A program made the position numbers and the translations under genes. Of a stretch of DNA of 64,000 bases, positions 49,255 to 61,536 are shown in pieces (within the stretch, counting starts at the first letter, position 1; the number at the start of each line of letters is the position of its first letter). This DNA is from Hypanus sabinus (Eukaryota), in assembly GCF_030144855.1 (NCBI RefSeq), contig NC_082720.1:29884001-29948000 (forward strand), in the 5' to 3' direction. A model generated the notes under the pieces. That model was not told the origin of the DNA. It saw only the letters and a program-made list of their open reading frames with translations, and did not search any database.

Positions 49255-49854
49255 TAAGACGTACAAAAAAGCTGGATGAACTCAGCAGGTCGGGCAGCAT
49301 CTGTTGAAAGAAGCAATCAACGTTTCGGGTCGAAACCCTTTGTCAGGACTAAAGAAGGTGGGGGGAGGATGGAAAACCAATCAGAGGAAAGATCAAGGGG
49401 TAGGGGAGGGGATAGGCAGGAGAGGTGAAGAAGGAATCTAAGGGGAAAGCACTATGGGTAGTAGAAGAAGGCAGAGTCATGAGAGATGATAGGCAGCTAG
49501 AAGAGGAGACAGAGTGAAGGTGGGATGAAGAAGGGAGAGGGAGGGAATTACCTGAAGTTGGGGAATTCGATGTCCATACCAAGGGGCTGGAGACTACCCA
49601 GACGGTGTCTGAGATGTTGTTCCTCCAACTGAAGTTTGGCCTCATCATGGCAGTAGTATTTCTACTCTGTCTCCTTTTATTTTATTTATTTATTTCTACT
49701 CTGTCTTCTACCCCCTCCTTTTTTAGTCCTGACAAAGGGTTTCGACCTGAAACGTTGACTGCTTCTTTCAACGAATGCTGCCCAACCTGCTGAGTTCATC
49801 CAGTTTTTTTTGTACGTCTTGAGTTGACCAGAGCATTTGCAGTGCACTTTGTGT
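49255..49854 (+). mobile_element. Penelope-like insertion consisting of inverted pLTR copies, with 14-bp TSD
   Basis: TSD ttactaatgtaggt (49241-49254, 49855-49868); 49256-49365 is inverted at about 49710-49820; LEEQHLR GIY-YIG end on the minus strand near 49606-49632. Confidence 0.9.
49725..49760 (+). ncRNA. Minimal type-I hammerhead ribozyme-like motif in the Penelope pLTR (core G mutated to A)
   Basis: AGTC-CTGACAAA-GGGT TTCG ACCT-GAAA-CG-TT-GACT: helix I AGUC/GACU, core CUGAN(G)A and GAAA, helix II with a UUCG loop. Related copies at 49315-49350 (-), about 32716-32752 (-) and about 34944-34979 (+). Confidence 0.6.
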
Positions 49855-50025
49855 TTACTAATGTAGGTCTTTTGTAAACACGATGTGGCATAAAGTGAAC
49901 ATTCGTAAAGCAGGGGGACACCTGTGTATACCACTTAATTCTCTTACAGATAGACACAATTTTAATTTGTGTTTTTTTTTTACAGAGCAAAGATAACTTC
50001 CTGAAATTAATTTTTTTTTTAATAG

Positions 50026-50052
50026 GATGCCACTCCTTTTGGATGGGTGTAG
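50026..50052 (+). CDS. C5orf47: C5orf47-like putative last coding exon
   Basis: T10-aatag|GAT GCC ACT CCT TTT GGA TGG GTG TAG (DATPFGWV*), phase 0 as exon 4 requires; AATAAA at 50218-50223 and 50319-50324. Confidence 0.5.
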   Translation, partial: DATPFGWV

Positions 50053-52211
50053 GGACTACCAAGCTTCAAATTTTCAAGAATTTGCCATTTGACGAGATGT
50101 TCATTTGACATAAAAACAAACGGTTTTGTTTTGGAGTAATACATCTGTATAGGAACAGATGTTTTGTGATTGTAAAGCCTTGAAATAGATTCAATAGAGT
50201 TTGTTAATGCTAAGAAAAATAAAATATTTATAGTAATATATTAAATGTATTTCATTTAGTCAATGTGTTTTGCAAGGGATGTACCTAAATATGCAGTAAT
50301 TCCCTATTGCTATAATACAATAAAATTATTAAAAGATCATTAAATGTTTTTTTTCCTTTTCATGTAATATTTACTTAATGGAAGTTATAAAGGGTTTGAT
50401 GTTCCTTTTTAATGTCAGTCCTTGTGCAGTAGAGTATTATGTAAAGCACAGTGGTTCAGGCTGCTTCTGCAGTCTGATTAAACAAGCTGCATATAAATTG
50501 TACTCCAAGAAACTGGCCATTATGTGCTTGCAGGTTTGTTCACAGCATCTAGATGGGCTTGGTCACTGGTTTTCAAGTTTTTTTTTCTGGTGATCCACTT
50601 TAACCGAATATCTCACCCATGTGATGAAGACCAATGAATAACTAGCTATAAGTCTTATTGTAGATGCCATGAGACCACTTTTGTTGAATCTTACTAGCAC
50701 TGTCATAATAAATGATATTTCAGGTATGTTTCACTGTTTTGCATCTCTATTCTGGGTGACATGCTGATCTGTGATTTGTTTTGGCAACCCATTCTTGTAT
50801 CATTTCAGGGTCATAAATGTCAGTTTGAAGAACACAGGATATACACAGTTAAGCCTCTCAATCATTTTCTGCAATAATTGATGTAAATTATTAGTGAGCA
50901 ATTTTTATCCCTTGACTGGTAGTTTGAGATCAGATAAACTTTTTAAGTCTTATGGTTGTATATAATAGAACTATAATAGAAAAAAGGCAGATAAGTCTTA
51001 AATTCCTTGGTGTTAACCTATCAGAGGATCTTTCCTGGGACTAGCACTTAGATGTCATCACAAAGAAGGCATGATAGCGCCTCCACTTTCTTGTGTAGAC
51101 ATGGCATGTCATGACAAACTTCTATAGAGGATACTATCCCAAATAATTGCTTCATGGCTTGTTCAGGAATGGAAGTGGCTACAGAAAGTGGTGGATACAT
51201 CCAGACCAAGCTCTCTCCTCACTGTTATCAGGCAACAGGTACAGAAGCCTTAGGACCTGAACTACCATGCTCAGGAACAGTTAATGCCCTAAAACCATCA
51301 GTTCCTGACCTGGTGTGGATAACTTCATTCACCACTACTCTGAACTGATTCCATGACCTACAGACTTCCTTTCAAGAACTCTTTACAATTCATGTTGTCT
51401 ATTATTTTCATTTACACTGTTTACCACATTTTGCACATTGTTGTCAGTCTTAATCTGTTCATGTGTAGTTTTTCATAACATTGTATTTTTTCCCATAGAT
51501 GCCTGCAAGAAAACAAATCTCGAGGTAGAATATGGTAACATAGTGCTTTGGTAATAAATTTATTTCAAACTTTCAAGTTTGATGATTTAGTGAACGACTT
51601 TCCACCATCAGATTTCTAAGATGTCCATAAACCCATGACTACTACCTCATTTTCCTTTTTTTTGCTCTATTAGTAATTTGTAGTAATTTTCATACCTATG
51701 CACAGTACTAAGAAAAACATGGTAACACACCTTAATGACTACTGCCCCATGGCTGTGCCATTCATCATGATGAACTGCTTCAAGACGCTGGTCATGGCAC
51801 GCATTTACTGCAGCTCCCAGACAACCCTGAACCACTGCAATCCACCTGCCACTGGAGCAGGTCTATTACAGATGCCACCTCCTGCACTCATTTCTGGATC
51901 ATCTGATCAGTAAAGACACTTATGCTGGACTATTAGTTATTAACTGCAGCTCTTCCTTTGTTATTATAATTTAAAAAAAAACTCATATCCAAACTCCTAG
52001 ACCCGGGACTTAGCAACTCCATTTACAACTGTATCCTTGATTTCCTGACCAACAGACTTCAATCAATAAAGATAGGTAGCAACACTTGTGCCATGATCAT
52101 CTTCAACACTAGTGCACACAAGGCTGTGTCCTTCACCTCCTACTCTACTCCTTATACACTCATGACTGTGTGACCAGCTTATTTAACCATCTGCAAGTTT
52201 GCCAATGTTAC

Positions 52212-52699
52212 TGTCACAGCCAGAGATTGGTTACTATGTGCTTTGTATTTGCTCAATGTCACTCATGGATATACGTTGTCCTTGGATTGTTTATCTTTTG
52301 TGTCTAACTGTTTGCCTTTGCACTAGCCCAGGTTTTTTCACTTTGTTTTGCAGATGTCTCATTTTGGGTCTTTAGGGATTGTTAATCTTTGTCCTCATAC
52401 CTTACTGAATTTGGGGTAATTAAGGTGGTATTGTCAACATCCAGAATTCCTGTGAGCTCCGGGGTGTATTTCAAGGGGGCATGCCAACTCCTCTTTGTTG
52501 GGTCGTTGTGGTTCCTTGTCAAGTGAAACTCAGACCGAGTTCTCTGTGTAACTCAGTGATTTCTGTTCATCAAGATTCTGCACGGTTAGCCTGAGCTTTT
52601 ATTGTTTTTCTAGTTATTTTATGTGATAAATTTTTAGTTCTATTTTAATTGCCGAAGTCTCCGTGATTCCTGCACTTGGATTTGCTAGTGATCATCACA
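52212..52699. mobile_element. Solo LTR, 488 bp
   Basis: TG...CA ends with 5-bp TSD gttac (52207-52211, 52700-52704), interrupting the Rex1 RT at the FADD-like motif. Confidence 0.75.
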
Positions 52700-53027
52700 G
52701 TTACTAACATAGTGGGCTATATTTCAGTGATGGACCAGAGTACAGAAAGGAGTTAGAGAGCCTAGTGACATGGTATCATGACAATGATTTTTCCCTCAAT
52801 ATCAGCAAAACAAAAGAATTTTAGGAAAGGGGGGCAGTGCTCATGTTATTGGGTATATCAACAGCACGGAGGTTGAGGAGATTGAGAGCTTCAAGTACCG
52901 AGGAGTGAATATCACCAATAGCCTGCCTGGTCCTACCATGTTGATGCCATGGCCAAGAAAGCTCAAGAGCACCTAGGAAGCTAAAGAAATTTTGTATGCC
53001 CCCTTTGAACCTTACTAATTTTTATCA

Positions 53028-53273
53028 TTACTTCTCATTGTGTCACTGGGCAGCAATGAAGGTCCTCCATCTCTGGTGGTGTTCAGGGCTTCCTTCATCA
53101 TGTCAGTAGCTTCCTCTTGCTCTTCACTACTGTCAGCCATATAGTCCCTGGTGGAGACTCAGGAATGCCATCACACTCTGATGTAGAAGGATTCTTCATT
53201 GCTGTTTCCGTAACAATTTTGTTTTACCAGTCAGGGTTGTTAGTCCTGACCTGAACCCCTGAACCTTGAGGAC
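53028..53273 (-). mobile_element. Short non-autonomous retroposon (RTE-related) with 11-bp TSD
   Basis: TSD aatttttatca at 53017-53027 and 53274-53284; family assignment from memory of RTE termini. Confidence 0.7.
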
Positions 53274-54304
53274 AATTTTTATCAATGCACCATAGAAAAC
53301 ATCCTATGCATCATGGCTTGGCTTGGCATGGCAATTATCCTATGATTGCAAAAAATTACAGACACAGCTCAGTACATCACAAAAAACAGCTTCTCACCAT
53401 GAATTCTGTCTACACTTTTTGCTGCCTTGTTAAAGATGCCAACAGAATTAGCAACCCCACCCAACCAGACATACTCTCTTCTCCTCCCATCTATTAGCCA
53501 AAAGATACAAAAGCCTGATACATACCACCATGAGGCTCAAGGAGAGTTTTATCCTGCTGTTACAAGCTTATTGAATGGTTTTCTGGTGGTGTATGTTGGA
53601 CTCTTGACATCACAATGTATGGCGTTGCCTCCTTGCACTGGTCTTTACTTCTAATTGCAACTTAATTCTGCATTACTTTTGTTTTACCCTGTACTACCTC
53701 AATGTTTTGTTGTAATGAATTGACTGTGCAAATAGCAAGTTTCTTTAACTGTATCTTGTACATGTGGCAGTAATAAATTTCACATCATGTAAGTGGGTGA
53801 TAATTCTGATTTAAATATAATAAATATTAACCTGACTTGAGAGTATTATAATTCTGTTTTATTTTAATTGTTTTATTCTGACTGGCCGGATTGGAGAAAA
53901 GCTATATGTCCTTACAACAATTGTTGGCTAGGAGAAGCAGGTGTATTTCCTCAAGCTCAGCAAGCCATTAAGTATTGCATTTTCAGAATGTCTGTACTAA
54001 CCCTACCCCTAACAACAAGTTGATTGTAAGACTATATGAAATAGTAGTATTAAGTCATTGGACCCATTGAGTCTGCTGTGCCATTTGATCACAGCTGATT
54101 TGTTTGCCCTTTCAAGATAGTCAATCACTCAAGGTCTGGACCTCTCATTCTCCCTAGTGTGGAATCAGGTCCTTAACAAGCATATTTCCACAACCCGTCC
54201 TGAAGGCTTTCATGCTGGACAGAGTTCCCTTGAAGTAAATCTTAGAAACTGTAGATGTTAGATTTGTATGTTATGTAGGACTAGATGTTAATATCCCTTA
54301 TTTG

Positions 54305-54865
54305 TACTCCTGAGACATGCTGCCTAAACTCTGGGGTAGCCAAGTGAGTGGTGGTATCTTCTGGGTTATCAAGTGGGCACCCCCTTTCCTCAGTGCTTTG
54401 CTGATAGTCCCACGACACCTCCAGAGGGTTCAGCAGTGAATCCCGGCATCCCAGGCTTACCCCCTAGATGCCATTCACTCACTTGGGGGCCCAGATGGAA
54501 TCCATTCTCTTTATCCAGAGCCACTGACTACCCTTTTCAGCAGCTCTGGAGAGGTCTCTGACTGCTTGTTGGTGTGTCTTTCCTTGCACCCCCAACTCCC
54601 GGAGTAGCCTTGACATTTATGTGGCTACAAATCCTCTGCAGCCTACTTTGACCGGTCACACCCTTGCTTTCTAGCCAAGTTACTACACATTGACTGCAAG
54701 CTCAGCGTACCTCAGCTTCTTGCGGTCGTAGGCCTCCTCCACTGCATCCTCTGAGGGCACTGTAGCTCAATAATGTAAATGAGATGGAGTGAGGCTGACC
54801 ATAGCACCAGGTCTAGTCTGAGGTTGGTTTCCGCGATTTCAGTTGGGAAACAGAGCCTCTGGCCT
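54305..54865 (-). mobile_element. Hero-clade non-LTR retrotransposon 3' fragment (restriction-like endonuclease domain)
   Basis: Minus strand, frameshifted: NLRLDLVLWS..IYIIEL/TVPSEDAVEEAYDRK/KLRYAELA..KVGCRGFVA..QWLWIKR..WAPK*, the R(P)D..E..K..Y..VGCRG pattern of RLE domains. Confidence 0.8.
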
Positions 54866-55589
54866 AAGATATAGAGGCAAAACTAAAAAATAGCCATTGC
54901 AGAGTCAGTACCTTACAATATACCTACCTCATCTAGTGTGAGAAAACAATACAAATCTTATTTTCTGGTTTGAGTGCTGTAAATGTACTGGATATCAAAT
55001 GAAAAAGTATTTCTTTGCTTCATCGGAAGCAAATTTGGTGTTGATGCTCTAAAGTAGCTGATGCCTAAATGCCCGAATTTTAAATTTTCTTTACAGGAAA
55101 AGGTTGGATTAGATTAATATGCCACATCATATTATCTTAGGTGCATGTAAATTCCAAAAAGCTGATAGGAAATTTTACTGTACAACGTTCGTCATAATAT
55201 TAGTCACTTTGAGAGCTGGTTATCAGTTTAGCTAGTTGTGATCAGAGCTTTAATGTCTTTGGATGCTGAGGCGTTATCTACAGATGGTGGAATACAATAG
55301 GCATAATCTGTATTATAAGATTCATCATAAAATGAATATCTCAAATGTTTACTTCAGGTTTCAAGATGGGAGTAGTTGTTAAGCACTGCATATTTAATGT
55401 AACATGAAAATTAGATGCTTTGCTCATCCCAAATCCCACAACTTTAAGGAATTAGTGGATATAGAGGAGGATGAAGCACTTAATTCTTTGAAAGATGGAT
55501 CTGGTACAGATGGGAGAGGAGGTTTGTCACGCAGTGAGAAGGGAGTGTAGCCAGTGAGTTCAGTGTATGAATGTTACTTTTAAAGATTC

Positions 55590-55608
55590 TGGCCACAAGG
55601 TGGCGCTG
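55590..55608 (+). promoter_or_regulatory. CTCF-binding motif
   Basis: TGGCCACAAGGTGGCGCTG, close to the CTCF core consensus TGGCCACCAG(G/A)(G/T)GGCGCT, in AT-rich unique sequence. Confidence 0.7.
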
Positions 55609-58600
55609 TATTAAAATATTACCAGTACAACATTGGACCACTTGCTGGACCTGATTCATTTCTGATATTTTGTATTGCTTGGTTTTCTGCCACTTAGCTT
55701 CCTAATTCTGGTTGATATTACACTCACTTATTCTGCATGCCTAGATTTATGAAACTCTCAGCTACTGAACTGAAATATAATATTTGCAGCCACTTAAGGT
55801 GTTATATGTTGAAGAAAATGTGCACAATAATTGCAGCCTAAATGGAAATATTACTGTTTATTTCCTATGCATTAATAAGGCACCTGATTGCTTTTTTGAA
55901 AAAAAGGCAAATTACTTTATTGAGAGTAAAATGTTCCTCCTTTGTCATATTCCATTGGCAGACAAGATTGCTGCATTTTGTGATCAGCTTGCAAGGTTAC
56001 TTTGAAATAAAATGTTAAGTGTTATATATTTCTTTATTCTTGGTGTAATATTATTAAGACATACTTTGATTAACAATTCCCTCTGTTTTGCTAGAAAGAA
56101 TTAATCTTGCACAAAACAAAATGCCCAATTTGAAAGAGAGTACTTGAACTTTTCAGCCTAATAGATCGCTTTTAGTTTTTGGCTATTTTATTAACTGTGT
56201 AGTTACAGGACAACAATTTATTGTAAATGTAGAAAATAGTATATAAAATTAGAGCCCGAATCTCAGGTTAAAATCACAAAATTATACGGGACTGATAACC
56301 AGCAAATTGTTTTAATAACATCAACAAGACTAGCAATAAAGAAAACCTAAGATATTATAGTTGAAAAAGTTGCTCTCCTTTGCACAGTTGGAAATAATAT
56401 GGAAGGATAATTAACACAAGTCTGGAATCATATAATTTTGAAATTAGCCCAGAGTTAAAATTAAAACATAAACTCCTACATGATTTTTAATGAGCCCAAT
56501 TTTACAAAGAAAGCACCACTTTAACTAAATTAAATAAGGATATGCACCTAGTGACTGAACCTTTCTGAGGTAAAATTATTGATTTGAAATTGACAGCTGG
56601 ATCAGCTTGCAGGTTATATCTAGCCACCAATCGAAGGATTTATGTTGGTGGACAGGTCCTGTCATGTGATGGATATAATTGAAAAGTTCTATGTTGTTCA
56701 GGGCTTCACCAGTACGATTGGAGCTGACCACTAAGAATCTACTTAAGATAATACCTTGGAGAGTAGATAGGTTTAGCATCAACGAGCTATTCTGAAGAAT
56801 TCTGGGCACCTTCCTTTTATAATATATGGTCATTGACTTTAAATGTTAATTTCGTTTCTCTGTTCATGGATGCTAACTACGTTGCTGAGTGTTTAGAAAA
56901 TAAAACAGTCAATCCTTTAGCCAATGCTCTCCAAATGCTTTTACCTTTAAGAATTTGTCACAAAAGTCCTGTCACATGACTTAGTCACTTTGTGGCCTAT
57001 ATAGCAACTGTTTCCATCTGTTATCAGTTGCTTTCGACCTGTGAAGCCAAAATGCAGTACTGCCAGTTAAACACAGACTGAAACATTTATTTTACTGAAA
57101 TCTTCTATTTCAGTATTCAGATAAGTATTTGTATCTCAGAAGTATCTTTATCTGCCACAGGGTAAAAACTGTAGAGTTCACATTGAATTTATGCATTTTA
57201 ATCAATCACAATATGTATCTCAGGCAATTCTTGATCCAGAAGGTCATAATATATTATTTACTTTGTGAAGAACTTAATTAAAAAAACAAGTTACATTTTA
57301 AACTGGAGTAGCCTACTCGCCAATTCAATAAGATCATGATTGATCTGATCTTTGACCATAACCCTTTGATTTCAAAGCCAGCCATTCCCCCATGGTCCAA
57401 AAATCTGCCTGACTTAATTGCTGAGTTCTTGAATCACAATAAATATTGATTGTTGTGCTTGCCCCAATTATTACCAAAAGTTTTCATGGGAAAAAACCTT
57501 GCTCTTAAATTATATCACATCAGTTGATCAAAAACAGAACCCAGGGCGATGTAGATTAAGAAAATTACACAGGTTTGTTTGAGTTCTTTCTACCTTATCA
57601 CTACAGTAATAACTTAAGTATACCATCTGATAAAATTAGCCTTATTTGTAAAACATTATTGTTGTATTTGAGGACAATGTTTTGTAAACTTAACATTTTA
57701 AATATGTATTTTCTTGGGCTCAAAAATAGACTTACATGAAAGTAAGAAAAGATCCCCTTAAATATGAATTTATTTCTCTTTAATTGTTCTGTTGTACAGT
57801 CTGAGGAATTTGTTTCATCTTTTTGGCTTGGTTGTCTGCAATCCAAAAAGATTGTACCATTTGCTAATCTTTGGCTACAAACAAACTCATTTTTAGAAAG
57901 GATTAAACTATTGATGCCCTAAAATACACCACAAACATATTCAAGTATTATAGAATTACTGATTGGAGTACGTGAGCTTCTTGTCCATATATATAAAATA
58001 TTTAAATAATAACTTTTTGCCACTTGTAATCTTTTGAAATAATGTGTTGATATTCAAAGGCATATTATCTGTTAAGCATCAACAAACTTGAAATTAAATT
58101 AGTTACACCTTAGAATGAATATTCCATTGTGTACATGATTTTTAAAATTCAGAGAATAGAGAAACATATCTGAATATGCTTTTTTAGCTGTTTCTGTTAT
58201 GGAAATATTGTAAATTCAATACAGTACTTTCATAAATTCTCATGTTTGTTTAAGTGTGATCTGATACATAAATAAATCGGTTCCTACAAATCTTGATGTC
58301 AGCTCTGTAGAGCTCCACCAGACTAATTGAGGGTATGGAAAATAGTTTCAGCATACCATGGCCTCCTTTTTACATTTCATGTGGTACCGTGGCTTCCGTT
58401 GTGTGTGTGCTGCATGCAAGTGTGTAGCCGATCCCCGTGGGGTGGTAAACCATATCAACATCAAATTGCCCTTGTGTCTTGTTGTGAGCCTTTTGTTTGT
58501 AGTGATGGCTCAAATGCACGTGGCATAATCAATCACTATAGAATGAAGGCATTTTATCAGTTGTCAGGATAATGAGTATTAACCTGAATGAGTTGCCACC

Positions 58601-59499
58601 TTGTTTGTAGGCGTGCTGGAAGTTATTTTTGCCGGTGCCTAGCTAAACATGAGAAGATGCTAGTGAATCACGTTCTAAAACTGCAGTCATTCTGGGAAAT
58701 CAAGGCCCTAAAATGCTGTTGGGTCAAGACATCCAGGATTTAGATCCAGCAATTGTGAAGAAAGTGTATTGTATGGTGTTCAGCATGAAAGGAATGTGTA
58801 AGTGATGGTCTTTCCAGGAACATTTGTTGCTCTCGTAATCAGAGGGGCACCACAGAAATCAGTGCTATGGTTCCAGTCACAATCAAAATCAATGATACAG
58901 CCGCAGGGCTCAAATGCAACACCAGACTAAGTGTAGATGTTAGTAGCAATTAGGATTTGTGGAAGCTTCAAGTGGATATAGACAAGCTCATTGATTAGGC
59001 AAAAACATAGTAGATTGAATGCAATGCGGAAAAGTGATGTTTACCCATTGGTGGGAAATTCTAAAAGACTGTTTTCAAATGGTAAGAACTGGGAAGTATT
59101 GATGATCAAAGGTCCTTCTATAAGGCACTGAAGAAAACAACATTAATGTGCAGCAGGCTTCTGGGAAAGAAGATCACCCTGTTAGCCTTTATCACAAGAA
59201 TTTTTGAGAGCAAGTCTTAGCGTGTCAATCAAATGGTCCGAGAAAGTTTTATCAAGGCCCGTGCCTTGCAAATAGATTTTGGAATGTGAATAGCTGAAAA
59301 GTAAAACTAGTTTTATTGACTCGGGTCCAAGTTTCTGGAATTCTCTTCAAACCCCGTAAACCTCTTTAAACTCATTTTAAAAACATTCTACAACGGGTTA
59401 AGGCGCTGCTAATCAGTTTGGTCGAGTTCCTTCAAAGCAGTGAGAACTAAGTAAGTAGCAATTCAATTATGTTATTCTGTTTAACAGGATGCATTTGGT

Positions 59500-59750
59500 A
59501 GCAGAATTTGCTGGGTAAATGCAGTAGGCGGCGTTGTTTGCACAATGCAGAGAGGAGCATCGAGGGTTCTGGGCTGGACGTCAGTGTCCCGCAGCGCACG
59601 GATTTTTCACTTTCAGCACCAAACCTGTTCAGTCTGCGGCAGGAGCGCTCTCTGGTCAGAATCTACTGCAAAATCTTCCCCTTACCAAACGCCATCTTGT
59701 GACATTAGGTGCTTTTATTGTAAAGGTAAAAACCACCTACACTGTAAGTA
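59500..59750 (+). promoter_or_regulatory. NSG2: Putative NSG2 promoter and non-coding exon 1
   Basis: Start of a CpG-retaining zone; CRE-like GGACGTCA near 59576-59583; RE1 left half-site TTCAGCACC at 59612-59620; candidate donors AAG|GTAAAA (59726) and ACT|GTAAGT (59744). Confidence 0.5.
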
Positions 59751-60776
59751 TGCATCAAAGAGCATAACACCAAACTGTCACATTTTATCGAACGTAATTC
59801 GGACGGTCTGGATTTCAACCGACGTCATTTAGCTCCAAAAAGGCAACATTCGACTGGCATTTCCAATATGTGAATTGTCTGACTAATATTAATTCGCGTC
59901 GAGTCAATATGAATGTAACGGAGTGCTAACCTTTTGCGGAACAATTACATTTTTTTCTTTATGATTTATCATGGTTGCGTTGAAAATTAGGCAGGTATAA
60001 ATGATACACCGTGGACTCCAGATTAGTGCAGGTGCTGTGCTTTGGTGGGCGAGCTCGAAGGGCAGAGAAAATGGCAGTGGGGTACGGTCGTCCACTACAT
60101 GCGGGAATTATATTAAATACTTTGTTAAAGTGCAAGCGTTCGTGTTTCGTCTTTCCTATCTGGGGAAAAATTCTTCACAATAATCAAGTCGTAAGGAGTC
60201 TGTACGCATAATCTACAAGCCGACATATCGACAACAATGCAGTCATCGTTCGGAATGCAGATCCCCAGACATGAAAACGCGAATTCTGCTCCTCTTTGTA
60301 CTTAATAAATGTCACATAGGAATGGGAACAAGTTCAATTGTGCGGGCTTTTTTCTATGATCGGGATTGTATTTAGTCACGTACACAATTCTGAAATGTAT
60401 ATGGATGTAATGTTGCACGTTGCGTTAACGAAGATTTTCTTTCGTACGCTGGCTGAAATTTGTCGGCTTGGAGTCGAGGATCCTTGTGTGTTGTGATGGT
60501 TAAATTATTTTATTTAACATACGACACTTTATTAATCGCTTTGGGATTTATTACAGCACGAAATAAATCAATTAGTATTCTAACCTCGTGCCAAATCCTT
60601 TCTGAAAAGAAGATGGCATTGCACTGAATTCACGGTGTGGATTTAAAAGGGAGATACGTGGAAAGGTTTTCTGTAAGAGTCTACTGTGTTCTTTCTGCTC
60701 CGTGTCAAAGCACTGCTTCTCTCTTTCTCTTGTTTTCCCAGGATTTGGAAAGTACGTGAAGTAGCCGCCCTCGTGA

Positions 60777-60974
<198 letters not shown>

Positions 60975-61350
60975 TGAGTCGTGTATAATTTATTGACTAA
61001 TACTAATTAACTGCAACAGCATGAGGAAAGGATAATGTATTACCTGGGTCCATTTTGGTTATGGCTATGATAGAGTTCCAGGGGCTACTATCGGTCAATC
61101 AAAAGTTAGTAAGGACTAATGAAAATTGACCGAATCAGCGCATTAGGTTGTTTGGTGTTGACTCCGATGAATAAACACTGGGCCGAACAGCTGCGGAGGG
61201 GAATCGGGTGGGGCAGGAGGCTTGGGTTAAAGAATGCATCACAATTGCGGTGCATTTCTGCTATCGTTATGTTTATACATTTTCAGTATTGGTTGAGAGT
61301 AGCTTTGTAGGTTAAAGAACCGGCACGCCCTGATTTTTCCTTTATTATAG

Positions 61351-61536
<186 letters not shown>

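Larger units (their letters stand above)
49100..49924. mobile_element. Tigger/mariner-type MITE split by a Penelope insertion
   Basis: TIRs caggtgtcctccactttac and gtaaagcagggggacacctg; TA at the left flank. Confidence 0.75.
51700..53780 (+). mobile_element. Old Rex1-like LINE with nested insertions
   Basis: HLNDYCPMA...MNCFKTLVM and other segments similar to the Rex1 at 20819-23600. Confidence 0.7.

Noticed and set aside
58327-58572. ATP6V0E1-like remnant (AYHGL...VPW...CVCC)
   Set aside because: Motif spacing is incompatible with the real protein, the TM helices are absent, and there are no matching splice sites; treated as coincidence.
59612-59640. Full RE1/NRSE element
   Set aside because: Only the left half TTCAGCACC is present; the GGACAG half is missing at canonical spacing.
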